Positions 20,918 through 30,114 of a DNA stretch of 64,000 nt are shown here, in pieces (within the stretch, counting starts at the first letter, position 1; the number at the start of each line of letters is the position of its first letter). Both the position numbers and the translations under genes were made by a program. The DNA is from Armatimonadota bacterium (GTDB lineage: Bacteria; Armatimonadota; SYMT01), in assembly GCA_041690135.1 (NCBI GenBank), contig JAWLHY010000005.1, positions 192,001 through 256,000 of the forward strand, written 5' to 3'. Under the pieces are notes generated by a model that worked only from the letters and a program-made list of their open reading frames with translations, had not been told where the DNA came from and searched no databases.

Positions 20918-21673
20918 TCAACCCGACGACCGTTCGTTGCCCGTGATGCGGTGGTCGGCGCATGCTTCCATGTAAGTCAACTCCAGCTCAACCGGCACGA
21001 CCTCACCGCCTCGCAAAAACAAGGGAAGACCCGGTATGGGCTCACCGACGCCGAATTCGCGGAGCCACAGCTCTACGTTCCAGACAGTGCGCGTGCCGGT
21101 GGGATGATAGGCGACGGCATACAGCGGGCGCCGGTCCGAAGGTGGGCGAACCTCTGGACCACTATCTACGAAGCGGGAAAGCCACTCCGCGTGGAGCGAA
21201 GCCCGCCGTTCGGTGACGAGATCCGCCACCACCACCGAGATTCCCCGCTGAAGGTAGGCCTGAATTTTGGCAGCGAACGCATGGCGCGTCTCGGGACAGT
21301 CTTTGTTGCCGGGGCTGACCAGCTCAATCGCGCCTACCAACTCGTTGCCGCCAGGGCGCCAGACGATGCGGACTTCCATTTCCGGGAGGAAAACTCCCGG
21401 AACGGCTTCATCCGGGGGAGGCGGAACATACCCTGCCCTCTCTTCGCCTGAATGCGCCGGTGCAGCGTCATAGACTGCGCGGGGCTCCCGAAGCAAAACG
21501 GCCGCGTCCGCCTCTCCGTTCGGCGCCAGTGCCGCCCGTCCGAGCGCCATGTACTCGGGCGGAAGCGTGTGGAGATTCAGCCGCCGCACGAGGGCCGCAA
21601 TCCAGGCGCTGTGGAGCGATTGCCAGGGGCACTGGACGCTGACTGGCGGTTGGAAGTGGTCGAGGACCGGCAT
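20918..21673 (-). CDS. DUF4058 family protein
   Basis: MPVLDHF.PP, IELVSPGNKD, DLVTERRASLH, LE.TY.EAC; TACAAT 6 nt before ATG suggests leaderless mRNA. Confidence 0.8.
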   Translation of the reverse strand: MPVLDHFQPPVSVQCPWQSLHSAWIAALVRRLNLHTLPPEYMALGRAALAPNGEADAAVLLREPRAVYDAAPAHSGEERAGYVPPPPDEAVPGVFLPEMEVRIVWRPGGNELVGAIELVSPGNKDCPETRHAFAAKIQAYLQRGISVVVADLVTERRASLHAEWLSRFVDSGPEVRPPSDRRPLYAVAYHPTGTRTVWNVELWLREFGVGEPIPGLPLFLRGGEVVPVELELTYMEACADHRITGNERSSG

Positions 21674-21701
21674 ACCGCTATTGTACCGGGGATGACATGA
21701 A

Positions 21702-21737
21702 AAGACCGGGCCGGGAGAGTTCTCCCGGCCCGGTCTC
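21702..21737 (-). terminator. Terminator after pdhC
   Basis: AGACCGGGCCGGGAGA/TCTCCCGGCCCGGTCT with TTTT on the minus strand. Confidence 0.75.
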
Positions 21738-21808
21738 GATTCCGTATCCCCCGCGTACGGGAGGGACTATCTGAACCAGGATGGTTGAGATAGTCCCATA
21801 GCGCGTTG

Positions 21809-21877
21809 CTCTGTCGCCCCTCCAGGGCTTTTCTGTGCCCGCGCGCGGGCACCCGTCTCTCTCCGCCCCTCCGGGCT
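21809..21877. repeat. REP-like element (CGCCCCTCCRGGGCT family), short copy
   Basis: CTCTGTCGCCCCTCCAGGGCT...CGCCCCTCCGGGCT; matches 40341-40430 and 36399-36486. Confidence 0.75.
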
Positions 21878-21890
21878 ACCGACCATTCTG

Positions 21891-23135
21891 TTAGCCGAAC
21901 AGGCTGATGGGGCTTTGCAGGAGGCGCTTGACTTCCTGCATGAACTGGGCGCCCGTGTGGCCGTCCACCAGGCGGTGATCCACGCTGATGGTGAGGCTCA
22001 TCTGCTTGCCCGGCACGACCTGGCCGTTGTCCACGATCGGCACTTCGCGGATGGTCCCCACCGCCATGATGGCGGCTTCCGGCGGGTTGATGATCGCCTG
22101 GAACTGGGCGATGTCGAACATGCCCAGGTTGGAGACGGTGAACGTGCCGCCCGAGTACTCGCTGGGCTGAAGCTGACCCTTGCGGGCGCGCTCCGCCAAC
22201 TGCCGGATCTCCGACCCCAGCGTGGAGAGGCTCTTGACGTGCGCGTCGCGAACGACCGGGACGATCAGCCCTTCATCCAGGGCGACCGCCACCCCGACGC
22301 TGACCGTGTCGGGCAAGACGATCGCTTCGCCATCGAGCTGCGAGCCGAGCTGTGGGAACTTCAACAAGGCGAGGGCGCAGGCGCGCACCACCATGTCGTT
22401 GAAGCTGATCCGCCGATCTTCATCCACGCTGGCGTTGAACTCCTTGCGGAGCCGGAAGGCGGACCGCATATCCACCTCGATGGTGAGGTAGAAGTGCGGA
22501 ATCGTCTGCTTACTCTGCTGAAGCCTTCGCGCGATGACCTTTCGCATCGTGCTCATCGGCCGGCGTTCCCCGGTAAGGGTGGACGGAACCGCGGCCGGAG
22601 GCGTGAAGGCGGGCGCCGCGGCCGGGCCTGCCGGGCGGCTGCGCAGGGCATCCTCCACGTCGGCCTCGATGATCCGACCGCCGGGGCCGGTGCCCCGGAC
22701 CCCGCTGAGGTCGATGCCGTGCTCCGCGGCCACCTTACGGGCCAGGGGGCTGGCCTTGACACGGCCACCCGCCGGCGCGGTCGGCGCCACCGGAGTCGGT
22801 TCCGGCTGGACCACGGCACCCCCCGAGTTGTCGACGGGCTGCGGTTCCGGAGTCTTCTTCTTTTCTTCCGCCGGCTTGGGGGCGGGCGCCGCGCCGCCGT
22901 CCTGGCCGCCGACGATGGCAATCGTCGCGCCGACCTGGACGGTCTGCCCTTCCTTGACGAGGATCTCGGTCAGGTCCCCTTCTACCAGCGCGGGGATCTC
23001 GATCGTAGCCTTTTCGGTTTCGATTTCAGCGACGGTTTCGCCCAGGACGAGCTTGTCACCTGGCTTCTTGAGCCAGCGGAGGATGGTACCCTCCTCCATT
23101 GCGTCGCCCATCTTCGGCATCACCAATTCCGCCAT
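21891..23135 (-). CDS. pdhC: Dihydrolipoamide acetyltransferase E2
   Basis: Lipoyl domain (ETEKA), E3-binding ASPLARK..GTGPGGRI, DHRLVDG. Confidence 0.92.
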   Translation of the reverse strand: MAELVMPKMGDAMEEGTILRWLKKPGDKLVLGETVAEIETEKATIEIPALVEGDLTEILVKEGQTVQVGATIAIVGGQDGGAAPAPKPAEEKKKTPEPQPVDNSGGAVVQPEPTPVAPTAPAGGRVKASPLARKVAAEHGIDLSGVRGTGPGGRIIEADVEDALRSRPAGPAAAPAFTPPAAVPSTLTGERRPMSTMRKVIARRLQQSKQTIPHFYLTIEVDMRSAFRLRKEFNASVDEDRRISFNDMVVRACALALLKFPQLGSQLDGEAIVLPDTVSVGVAVALDEGLIVPVVRDAHVKSLSTLGSEIRQLAERARKGQLQPSEYSGGTFTVSNLGMFDIAQFQAIINPPEAAIMAVGTIREVPIVDNGQVVPGKQMSLTISVDHRLVDGHTGAQFMQEVKRLLQSPISLFG

Positions 23136-24156
23136 AGGTCGCTCTTCCTTCTTTTGCGCCATTCCCTGAGTAGTCGACGTGCCGCGCCAGGGTGCGCCGC
23201 GCGGCTGCTACGATCTTTGCTTCATCCGGGGCCCAGATCTTCTCCAGGTTCCGGGCGTACGGCATCGGGGTGTCCTCGCCGGTAAGGGTCTCGACCGGGG
23301 CATCCAACTCGTCGAAGACGAGCTTATAGATGCGCGAGGTGATCTCGGAAGCCGCGCTGCAGGTGGGGTTCTCTTCCGTGACGACCACGGCGCGGTGCGT
23401 CTTGGCGACGGAGGCGGCGAGCCGTTCCTCGTCCATCGGCACCAGCGAGCGGAGGTCGAGCACTTCCGCCTCGATCCCCTCTTCCGCGAGGGCTTCCGCC
23501 GCCCGGAGGCACATCTGCGACATGCGGGAGTAGCTCACCAGCGTGACGTGCTTCCCTTCGCGGCGAACGACGGCCTCGCCGATCGGCACCAGGCCTTCGT
23601 CTTCCGGCACTTCGCCCTTCAGGGTGTAAAGGCCGGCGTGCTCGAGGAAGATCACCGGGTTGGGATCGCGGATCGCCGACTTCAGCAGGCCGCGGGCATC
23701 CGCGGGGGTGGAGGGCAGCACCACCTTCATCCCCGGGTGGTACATGAACCAGGCTTCCAGCGAGTGGCTGTGCTGTGCCGCCAACTGCTCGCCCTTGCCG
23801 TTAGGGGCACGGACGACCATCGAGGTGGGCAACTGGCCGCCGGACATGTAGTAGTTCTTGGCCGCGTGGTTGATGATGGCATCCAGGGCACGAATGCTGA
23901 AGTTGATGGTCATGAACTCGACCACCGGCTTCAGGCCAAGCATCGCGGCCCCAACGGCGAGGGCAGTAAACCCTTCCTCGGAAATCGGGGTATCGATAAC
24001 CCTCTTGGGCCCGAACCGGTCCAGAAGGCCTTCGGTCACCCGGAAGGTGCCCTGGTACTGCGCCACTTCTTCCCCGATGATAAAGACCTCGGGGTCGCGC
24101 TCCAGCTCTTCGGCCATCGCCTGGCGCAACGCTTCACGGAATGTAATAACAGGCAT
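23056..24156 (-). CDS. pdhB: Pyruvate dehydrogenase E1 beta
   Basis: REALRQAM, GEEVAQY.G, DTPISE, AAQHS. Confidence 0.92.
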   Translation of the reverse strand: MPVITFREALRQAMAEELERDPEVFIIGEEVAQYQGTFRVTEGLLDRFGPKRVIDTPISEEGFTALAVGAAMLGLKPVVEFMTINFSIRALDAIINHAAKNYYMSGGQLPTSMVVRAPNGKGEQLAAQHSHSLEAWFMYHPGMKVVLPSTPADARGLLKSAIRDPNPVIFLEHAGLYTLKGEVPEDEGLVPIGEAVVRREGKHVTLVSYSRMSQMCLRAAEALAEEGIEAEVLDLRSLVPMDEERLAASVAKTHRAVVVTEENPTCSAASEITSRIYKLVFDELDAPVETLTGEDTPMPYARNLEKIWAPDEAKIVAAARRTLARHVDYSGNGAKEGRATYGGIGDAEDGRRNGGGYHPPLAQEAR

Positions 24157-24254
24157 TTGTTAACCGCTATCCAGTCTAAGCGGGCCCTGCCCCGCTGATA
24201 CTACTCTTGACGCTGCAAGCCGCAGCGGCGGGGCCAACCACGCTTCGCGCCGTC

Positions 24255-25208
24255 CTAAGCCAGGATGTGCGCGTAAAGCTCCTCTTCGCCCGGGAGCGGG
24301 CTCTCCTCCGCGAAGCGAAGGCACTCTTCTACTTCGGCGTGGACTTCCTGATGGATCCGTTCCACGTCCTGTTCGGTGATGGCGCCCTGCTCCAGGAGCC
24401 ACGCCTCGACCCGGCCGATCGGGTCCCGGGTCTTCCACTTCTCCACCTCTTCCGGGGTGCGGTACTTGGCGCCGTCCGCGGCCCCGTGGCCTCGGTAGCG
24501 GTAGGTCATCACCTCGAGGAGGGCGGGCTTGCTGGTCTCGCGCACCTGGGAGATCACGCGCTCGGCGACCTCGCGAACGGTGAAGAGGTCCATGCCGTCG
24601 ACCCGCTCGCCGTGCATCTGGTATCCGGCCGCGCGCTTATACAGCTCCGGCTCGGAGGAAGAGCGGTCGACCGACGTCCCCATCGCGTACTGGTTGTTCT
24701 CGATGATGAAGACGATGGGCAGCTCCCAGAGGGCAGCCAGGTTCATTGTTTCGTGGAAGAGGCCGGTCTGGCAGGCGCCGTCGCCGAAGAAGCAGAGGCA
24801 AACCTTCTTCTCCTCGCGGTACTTCAAGCCAAACGCGAGGCCGGCACCCATTCCGATGCCGGCCCCCACGATTCCGGATCCTCCGTAGAACCCGTGCTCC
24901 TTGCTGAAAAGGTGCATCGAACCGCCCTTACCGCGGGAGCAACCGGTGACCTTGCCATACAGCTCCGCCATCGCCTCGTTGATGCCGCCGCCGCAGGCGA
25001 TGAAGTGCCCGTGATCCCGGTAGGAGTCGATCACCACGTCCCCTTTTTCGAGGACGGAGATGAGCCCACAAGCCACCGCTTCCTGACCGATGTAGAGGTG
25101 CAGGTAGCCGCCGATCTTGTTCAACTTGTAGGCGATGTCGGACCGGTCTTCAAACCGGCGGATTACCAGCATCTGCCGGTAGATCCGAAGTACTTCGTTG
25201 GTGTCCAT
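24255..25208 (-). CDS. pdhA: Pyruvate dehydrogenase E1 alpha
   Basis: GYLHLYIGQEA, YRDHGH, GKGGSMH, GDGA, TYRYRGH; start 25208 or GTG 25232. Confidence 0.93.
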   Translation of the reverse strand: MDTNEVLRIYRQMLVIRRFEDRSDIAYKLNKIGGYLHLYIGQEAVACGLISVLEKGDVVIDSYRDHGHFIACGGGINEAMAELYGKVTGCSRGKGGSMHLFSKEHGFYGGSGIVGAGIGMGAGLAFGLKYREEKKVCLCFFGDGACQTGLFHETMNLAALWELPIVFIIENNQYAMGTSVDRSSSEPELYKRAAGYQMHGERVDGMDLFTVREVAERVISQVRETSKPALLEVMTYRYRGHGAADGAKYRTPEEVEKWKTRDPIGRVEAWLLEQGAITEQDVERIHQEVHAEVEECLRFAEESPLPGEEELYAHILA

Positions 25209-25693
25209 GCGATCCTTCAGGAACCCCTTCACGGGGAGATGCGTGCGCCGCCTCGCTCCCGTGGGTCCAGTCAGAGTGAGCCGTGCCACAGTCCGGCCCG
25301 GAGACCGGCGCGCGGGTCCCTCAACAGCCGGGTTCAAAATTACCGGCAGAATAATATCAGGTTCCCGCGCGAAACAGCGAAACTTCTGTGGTAAGCCGGT
25401 GCGCCCGTTGCGTACCACGCCAATCTTAAGTCTTTCCGAGCGCTGTCCCAACCCCTTGAGGGTGTTGGGAAATTCGATCACGGGCAGTTGCACTGCCCGC
25501 AGGGCCTTCGTCCCGCAGTTGAACTGCGGGGGCCAATGGTGCAGCAGTCGTTCCGGATCATCGATATCGCCAGTTCCGGCCCCTGGTCAGGAGCGGCGCA
25601 GTGCAACCCCTACGGGCCGTATGGCTGCGCTCGAAACGTTCCGGCTGCAGTGCAACTGCAGCCGATCCTGCAGAATTCTTCAAAACCGCCCCC

Positions 25694-26152
25694 CTAGATT
25701 TCCAGGCGTTCGAAGCGGGTCTCTGTTGGGTTCAGTACGTCTCGCACCTTATCATAAGCCGCTTCCACCGCCCGCCGGCGCGCGTCCTGGGTGGTCCGTT
25801 CGGGGGTACCCGGCACGGTCAACTCCGGGCGCAGCTCGCTCATCCGCTCGTTGTAGGCCGCGTCAACCTCCGCCAGCCCCGCACCGGGCTTCACCTGGAG
25901 CAACTCGTAAGCCGCTTCCAGCGGATCGTGCTGACCGGCGGCGGTGGGCGCCGGCGGCTCCGGAAGTACGGTCGAGCCCGTGCGTGCGGTCGTGGTGGGC
26001 ACGGTGCCGGGCTCTGGGCGCACCCGCAAAGCATCTGCCAGCTCCTGGTAGGCGTCGGCCTCCGCCAGCTTCTCTTCCAGGCTGCGGAGCTGGTCTCCCG
26101 CCATCACCCAGCGCCCCTTGACGATGCGCCATACACGTTCCGGAATACTCAT
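25694..26152 (-). CDS. J-domain-like protein
   Basis: C-terminal AYELLQV.PGA.LAEVDAAY..RPE..VEAAYDKV; HPD replaced by RPE. Confidence 0.7.
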   Translation of the reverse strand: MSIPERVWRIVKGRWVMAGDQLRSLEEKLAEADAYQELADALRVRPEPGTVPTTTARTGSTVLPEPPAPTAAGQHDPLEAAYELLQVKPGAGLAEVDAAYNERMSELRPELTVPGTPERTTQDARRRAVEAAYDKVRDVLNPTETRFERLEI

Positions 26153-26365
26153 AGTCTCATCTCCCCCGCCCCATTATCACCGGGACGTGCATGGATGTCA
26201 CGTTTCAGGCGGAGTGCGAAGTCCGTCGTGACAGGGCCGCCGTCCCTTCTCCCCGGATTGAAATCCGAGGCTGACCGAAGTACCGCCCAAGGGCACCCGG
26301 CGCGGACTGTTCGGTGCGGTCCCCCTTGAGATGATGAATCGTGTGTCGGGGTATCGAAAGTCCCC

Positions 26366-28219
26366 TTAGATGCGTTTGAAGCGCTTGAGGAGTTCCTGGA
26401 AGGAGACCTCGACGGCGATGGGACATCCGTGGGGGCAGGTGGCGGGGCTGCCGGCGCGGGCGAGATCTTCGAGGAGGCGGCGGATTTCGTCGAAGCCCAT
26501 GCGGGCGCCCTTCTTGACGGCGGTTTTGCAGGCCGCGGCGGCGACGATCCGATCCGGGAGAGCGGCGCCCGCGTCGGGGGCGCCGGCCCGCTTTGCTTCG
26601 GCCAGTTCGTCCACTACCTGGCGCAGGGCACCGAGCTCCAGGCCGGGATGGATGAACTCGGGCACGCCGCGGATCACGAAGGCATCGCGGCCGAACGGTT
26701 CCAGCTCGTACCCCATCCGGGAGAGGACCGGCAGCATATCATCCACGGCGAGCGCGTCGCGGTGCGTCAACTGGATCGTGAGCGGCGACGGAAGCCGGCG
26801 GGCGACGGCCGTGCCGGTGCGCGAGGCCTCCAGGATGCGGTCGAATAGAACCCGCTCGTGCGCCAGGTGCTGGTCCACGATCACCAGACCGGTAGAGCCC
26901 TCGGCGAGGATGTAGCTGTTCCAGAGTTGCGCTACGGGACGCAGCGCGCCCACCCAGGTAGGCGTAACGGGTTCCAGGTCGGCCAGGGGCAACTGGGTAG
27001 CTTCCGGCGTGAGAGCCTGGGCCGGAAGCTCCGGGGAGGTCGTGGCGGATCCGGATACCGGAATTCCCGTTGACATTACCGGCGCCGCGCCGGGATCGGG
27101 TCCGGCAAACGGGTCATCCATATCCGAGGTGGGTGGCGGAGCCCCGGCCGGGGGCAGCCAGGAGCCGTGCTTCTGGTCTTCGGTCCGCAGCATGTGCTGG
27201 CGCGCGAGGCTCTCCGGCGGCGCCGTCCCGGTGCCCAGGGCCTGGCGGATGGCTTCGTGGACGGCCCGGTGCACTTCCCAGTCCCGCAGGAAGCGCACCT
27301 CCGCTTTGGCGGGATGGACGTTCACATCGACCAGGGCCGGGTCGATGTCGAGGTGGAGGACGGCGAACGGAAAGCGCCCGGGCCCCAGGGTGGCCCGGAA
27401 GGCTTCATCCAAGGCGTGGGACAGCGTCCGGTTGCGTACCCAGCGGCCGTTCACGAAGAAGTGCTGGGCACTGCGGGTGGGGCGGCTCACCGTGGGGCGA
27501 GAGACGTAGCCTTCCACGGCCAGCCCCGGACGGGCCAGGTTGACGGCGAGTAGCTCGCGGGCCAGGTCGTTCCCGTATAGCGTGGCGATGGTGTTGAGCG
27601 GGTCGGGGGAGCCGGGCGCGTGGATGATCTCGTCCCCCTCGGCGAGCAGGCGGAAGGCGACCCCCGGGTGGCTGAGCGCCAGCCGGGTGATGACGTCGCA
27701 GATCTGGCCGAGCTCCGTGCGGGTGGTCTTCAGGAACTTAAGGCGGGCCGGGGTGTTGAAGAAGAGGTCGCGGACGGTGAGGACAGTGCCCTCCGCCGCA
27801 CCGGCCGCCTCCAGTTCGCGGATCTCCCCCGCCTCCACTTCCAGGCGCACGCCTTCCAACTCACCGCGGGCGCGGGTGACCACCGTGAGACGGGAGACGC
27901 TGGCGACACTCGGCAGGGCCTCACCGCGGAATCCAAGGGTGCGGACGACGGCCAGATCTTCGGCGTTGGTGATCTTACTGGTGGCGTGGCGCTGCAGGGC
28001 GAGGACCGCCTCCTGGGCGGTCATCCCGCAGCCGTTGTCCGTGATCCGCATCAGGGCCTGGCCGCCCTCTTCCACCTCCACCGTGACCCGGGTCGCCCCG
28101 GCGTCCAGGGCGTTCTCCACCAACTCCTTGACCACCGAAGCGGGACGCTCCACCACCTCGCCCGCGGCGATTTTACCGGCGACGTCTTCGTCCAGGATGC
28201 GGATGCGGCAATCGGGCAT
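26366..28219 (-). CDS. mutL: DNA mismatch repair endonuclease MutL
   Basis: IAAGEVVERP, HATSK, GFRGEAL, DQHLAHER, CPHG. Confidence 0.96.
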   Translation of the reverse strand: MPDCRIRILDEDVAGKIAAGEVVERPASVVKELVENALDAGATRVTVEVEEGGQALMRITDNGCGMTAQEAVLALQRHATSKITNAEDLAVVRTLGFRGEALPSVASVSRLTVVTRARGELEGVRLEVEAGEIRELEAAGAAEGTVLTVRDLFFNTPARLKFLKTTRTELGQICDVITRLALSHPGVAFRLLAEGDEIIHAPGSPDPLNTIATLYGNDLARELLAVNLARPGLAVEGYVSRPTVSRPTRSAQHFFVNGRWVRNRTLSHALDEAFRATLGPGRFPFAVLHLDIDPALVDVNVHPAKAEVRFLRDWEVHRAVHEAIRQALGTGTAPPESLARQHMLRTEDQKHGSWLPPAGAPPPTSDMDDPFAGPDPGAAPVMSTGIPVSGSATTSPELPAQALTPEATQLPLADLEPVTPTWVGALRPVAQLWNSYILAEGSTGLVIVDQHLAHERVLFDRILEASRTGTAVARRLPSPLTIQLTHRDALAVDDMLPVLSRMGYELEPFGRDAFVIRGVPEFIHPGLELGALRQVVDELAEAKRAGAPDAGAALPDRIVAAAACKTAVKKGARMGFDEIRRLLEDLARAGSPATCPHGCPIAVEVSFQELLKRFKRI

Positions 28220-28249
28220 TCAGGTGTTCAGGCTTTCAGGTGTTCAGGC
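28219..28249. repeat. 8-mer tandem repeat (TTCAGGTG/TTCAGGCT) abutting mutL start
   Basis: ttcaggtgttcaggctttcaggtgttcaggc; similar tract at 38033-38055. Confidence 0.7.
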
Positions 28250-28293
28250 GGGTGTGCGCTGAAGTGGATGCTGACGGATTTGTCGTCTGGGTC

Positions 28294-28452
28294 CGTAATG
28301 CATAATGCGCAAGGGAACCCCTGGTTACCCTGGCGTGGCAAGGGGATTTCGCCCTTCCAGCCCATAGCATCGTGCGTATCATACACCACCGGGCGGCCCC
28401 ACCTGTAGTGGCCGCCGCGGTTCGAAATACGCATTACGCATTACGCATTACG
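28294..28452. repeat. Inverted heptamer arrays (CGTAATG)n...(CATTACG)n
   Basis: cgtaatgcataatgcg at 28294 and tacgcattacgcattacgcattacg ending 28452. Confidence 0.7.
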
Positions 28453-28500
28453 ACAACCCCACGAACGAGCGCCGCTCCTTAATTGCGAACGGCAATACTG

Positions 28501-29529
28501 TTACGAGATCCGAATCACGTACTTGATGACCTCGGTGTCCTTGACGTGGCGGAAGGCTTCGGGGGCTTCTTCCAGCGTGATTTCGTGGGTGATGTAGTCG
28601 CCCGGGCTGACGATGCCGAGCTTTACGAAGTCCATCATCGACTTGTGGGCGGCGGGTTCGTCCGGAGCGAGGCAGCCGACCCAGAAGCTGGGCGGCATAT
28701 AGCGCATGGAGAGCGGGAATTCCTGCAGGTTGTTGATGCCGTAAATGCCCATCTTGCCGTCCGTCGCCAGGAGCCGGCAGAGCTCAACGTAAAGGGAGGC
28801 ATCGCCCGTGGCCTCGATAATAAAATCGACGCCGCGCCCGCCGGTGATTTCCAATACTCGGTCGCGCAGGGAATCGCGGGTGGTATTGATGGTGTGGTCC
28901 GCGCCGAACTTGCGGGCCAGCTCCAGGCGCTCATCGCGGCGGCCGACCGAGATTACTTCCCGTACCCCGTGGAGCTTGGCCATGTGCGTGAAGCCGAGGC
29001 CCACGCCGCCGGTCCCCATGACCAGGACCGTGGATTCCCAGCGGACGCCGATGTTCCGCAGGGCGCTGTAGCACTCCTTGAGGTTGATGAGCACGGGCGC
29101 CTCGTAGGGATCGACCCAGTTCGGGATGACCTGCTGCATCGGCCAGTTGAAGTGGACGGGCATTTCGGGACGGTCCTGCTTGAGGGACTGGTAGTCGGTG
29201 ACCACGCCGAACTCGGCGAAGCTGCCGAAGAAGCAGCCGAGGCCGGGCACCTCCGCACGCGGCCGGAAGACGAGGTCCCCCTCCTTGAAGGCGGTGACCT
29301 TCTTGCCGACCTTCACCACCTCGCCCACGCCTTCGTGGCCAAGGATGCCGGGGTACTGCTGGCCGTCCAGCCAGTCCATCGGGAACCGGCCGGTGAGGAT
29401 CTGGGAGTCGGTGCTGTTGCAGATGGACGCCGCGCGGATGCGGACCAGCGCCTGGTAATCGTTGATCTCGGGCTCGGCGACGTTCTCGACGGTCGCCTTC
29501 CCCGGCTCGGGAACAATCAAGGCTTTCAT
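28501..29529 (-). CDS. Zinc-binding (MDR) dehydrogenase
   Basis: ASICNSTD, LGHEGVGEV, GTGGVG. Confidence 0.9.
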   Translation of the reverse strand: MKALIVPEPGKATVENVAEPEINDYQALVRIRAASICNSTDSQILTGRFPMDWLDGQQYPGILGHEGVGEVVKVGKKVTAFKEGDLVFRPRAEVPGLGCFFGSFAEFGVVTDYQSLKQDRPEMPVHFNWPMQQVIPNWVDPYEAPVLINLKECYSALRNIGVRWESTVLVMGTGGVGLGFTHMAKLHGVREVISVGRRDERLELARKFGADHTINTTRDSLRDRVLEITGGRGVDFIIEATGDASLYVELCRLLATDGKMGIYGINNLQEFPLSMRYMPPSFWVGCLAPDEPAAHKSMMDFVKLGIVSPGDYITHEITLEEAPEAFRHVKDTEVIKYVIRIS

Positions 29530-29635
29530 AGCGGGTGTCTCGTGAAAATCGGGGGCCTTCCAGGCCGTGTGTCAATTGGCGGGTGGGGGGTGCTAATTCC
29601 TGCCGGGTCTGCCAGGGATGGGTTCGGAAGGGGAG

Positions 29636-29972
29636 CCACAGATTTCACAGATTGGGAGGGATTGGGGACGGGAGTTGCCCACAGAAGGACGCGGAAGGGC
29701 GCGGAAAGGGGCGGACAGGGAGTCCACAGATGACGCAGCTCTACAGCCCGTATGGGATGGAAAAGATGAACGGAAAGGAGTAGCCCGCGAAGAGACTCGG
29801 ATGGGAACACGGGGGAGAGTCCACAGATGACGCAGATGGACGCAGATGGAAGAGATAAAGGGAAGTGATGGCCCGCGCCCATACGGGTTCAGGGAGAAGA
29901 TGTGGAAGGGCGCGGTGAGGGACAGTCCGCAGACGGTGCAGCCCTATAGCCCGTACAAGATGGGAAAGATGG
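29636..29972. repeat. Cluster of CCACAGAT/ACGCAGAT REP-like repeats
   Basis: GAGTCCACAGATGACGCAG at ~29720 and ~29817; imperfect ~55-bp direct repeat 29718-29770 / 29921-29972. Confidence 0.7.
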
Positions 29973-30114
29973 GGTGTGGCCCTTACAGATCTGCTCAATT
30001 CCGCGGTACTGCAGGGAAATGGGAAATCCCCTCGCCGAGCCCCACCCGAATCCGCTCTGTTTTGGGTAGACGCCCGGCGAAGGGAGTTCCGCTTACCGGT
30101 ATGGGTGTCCGCGT

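Noticed and set aside
18897-20975. Long antisense ORFs (also 8302-10203, 47126-48952, 59233-61449)
   Set aside because: Shadows of real genes on the opposite strand in high-GC DNA
29636-29972. Possible CRISPR-like repeat-spacer array
   Set aside because: Repeats are degenerate and spacing is irregular
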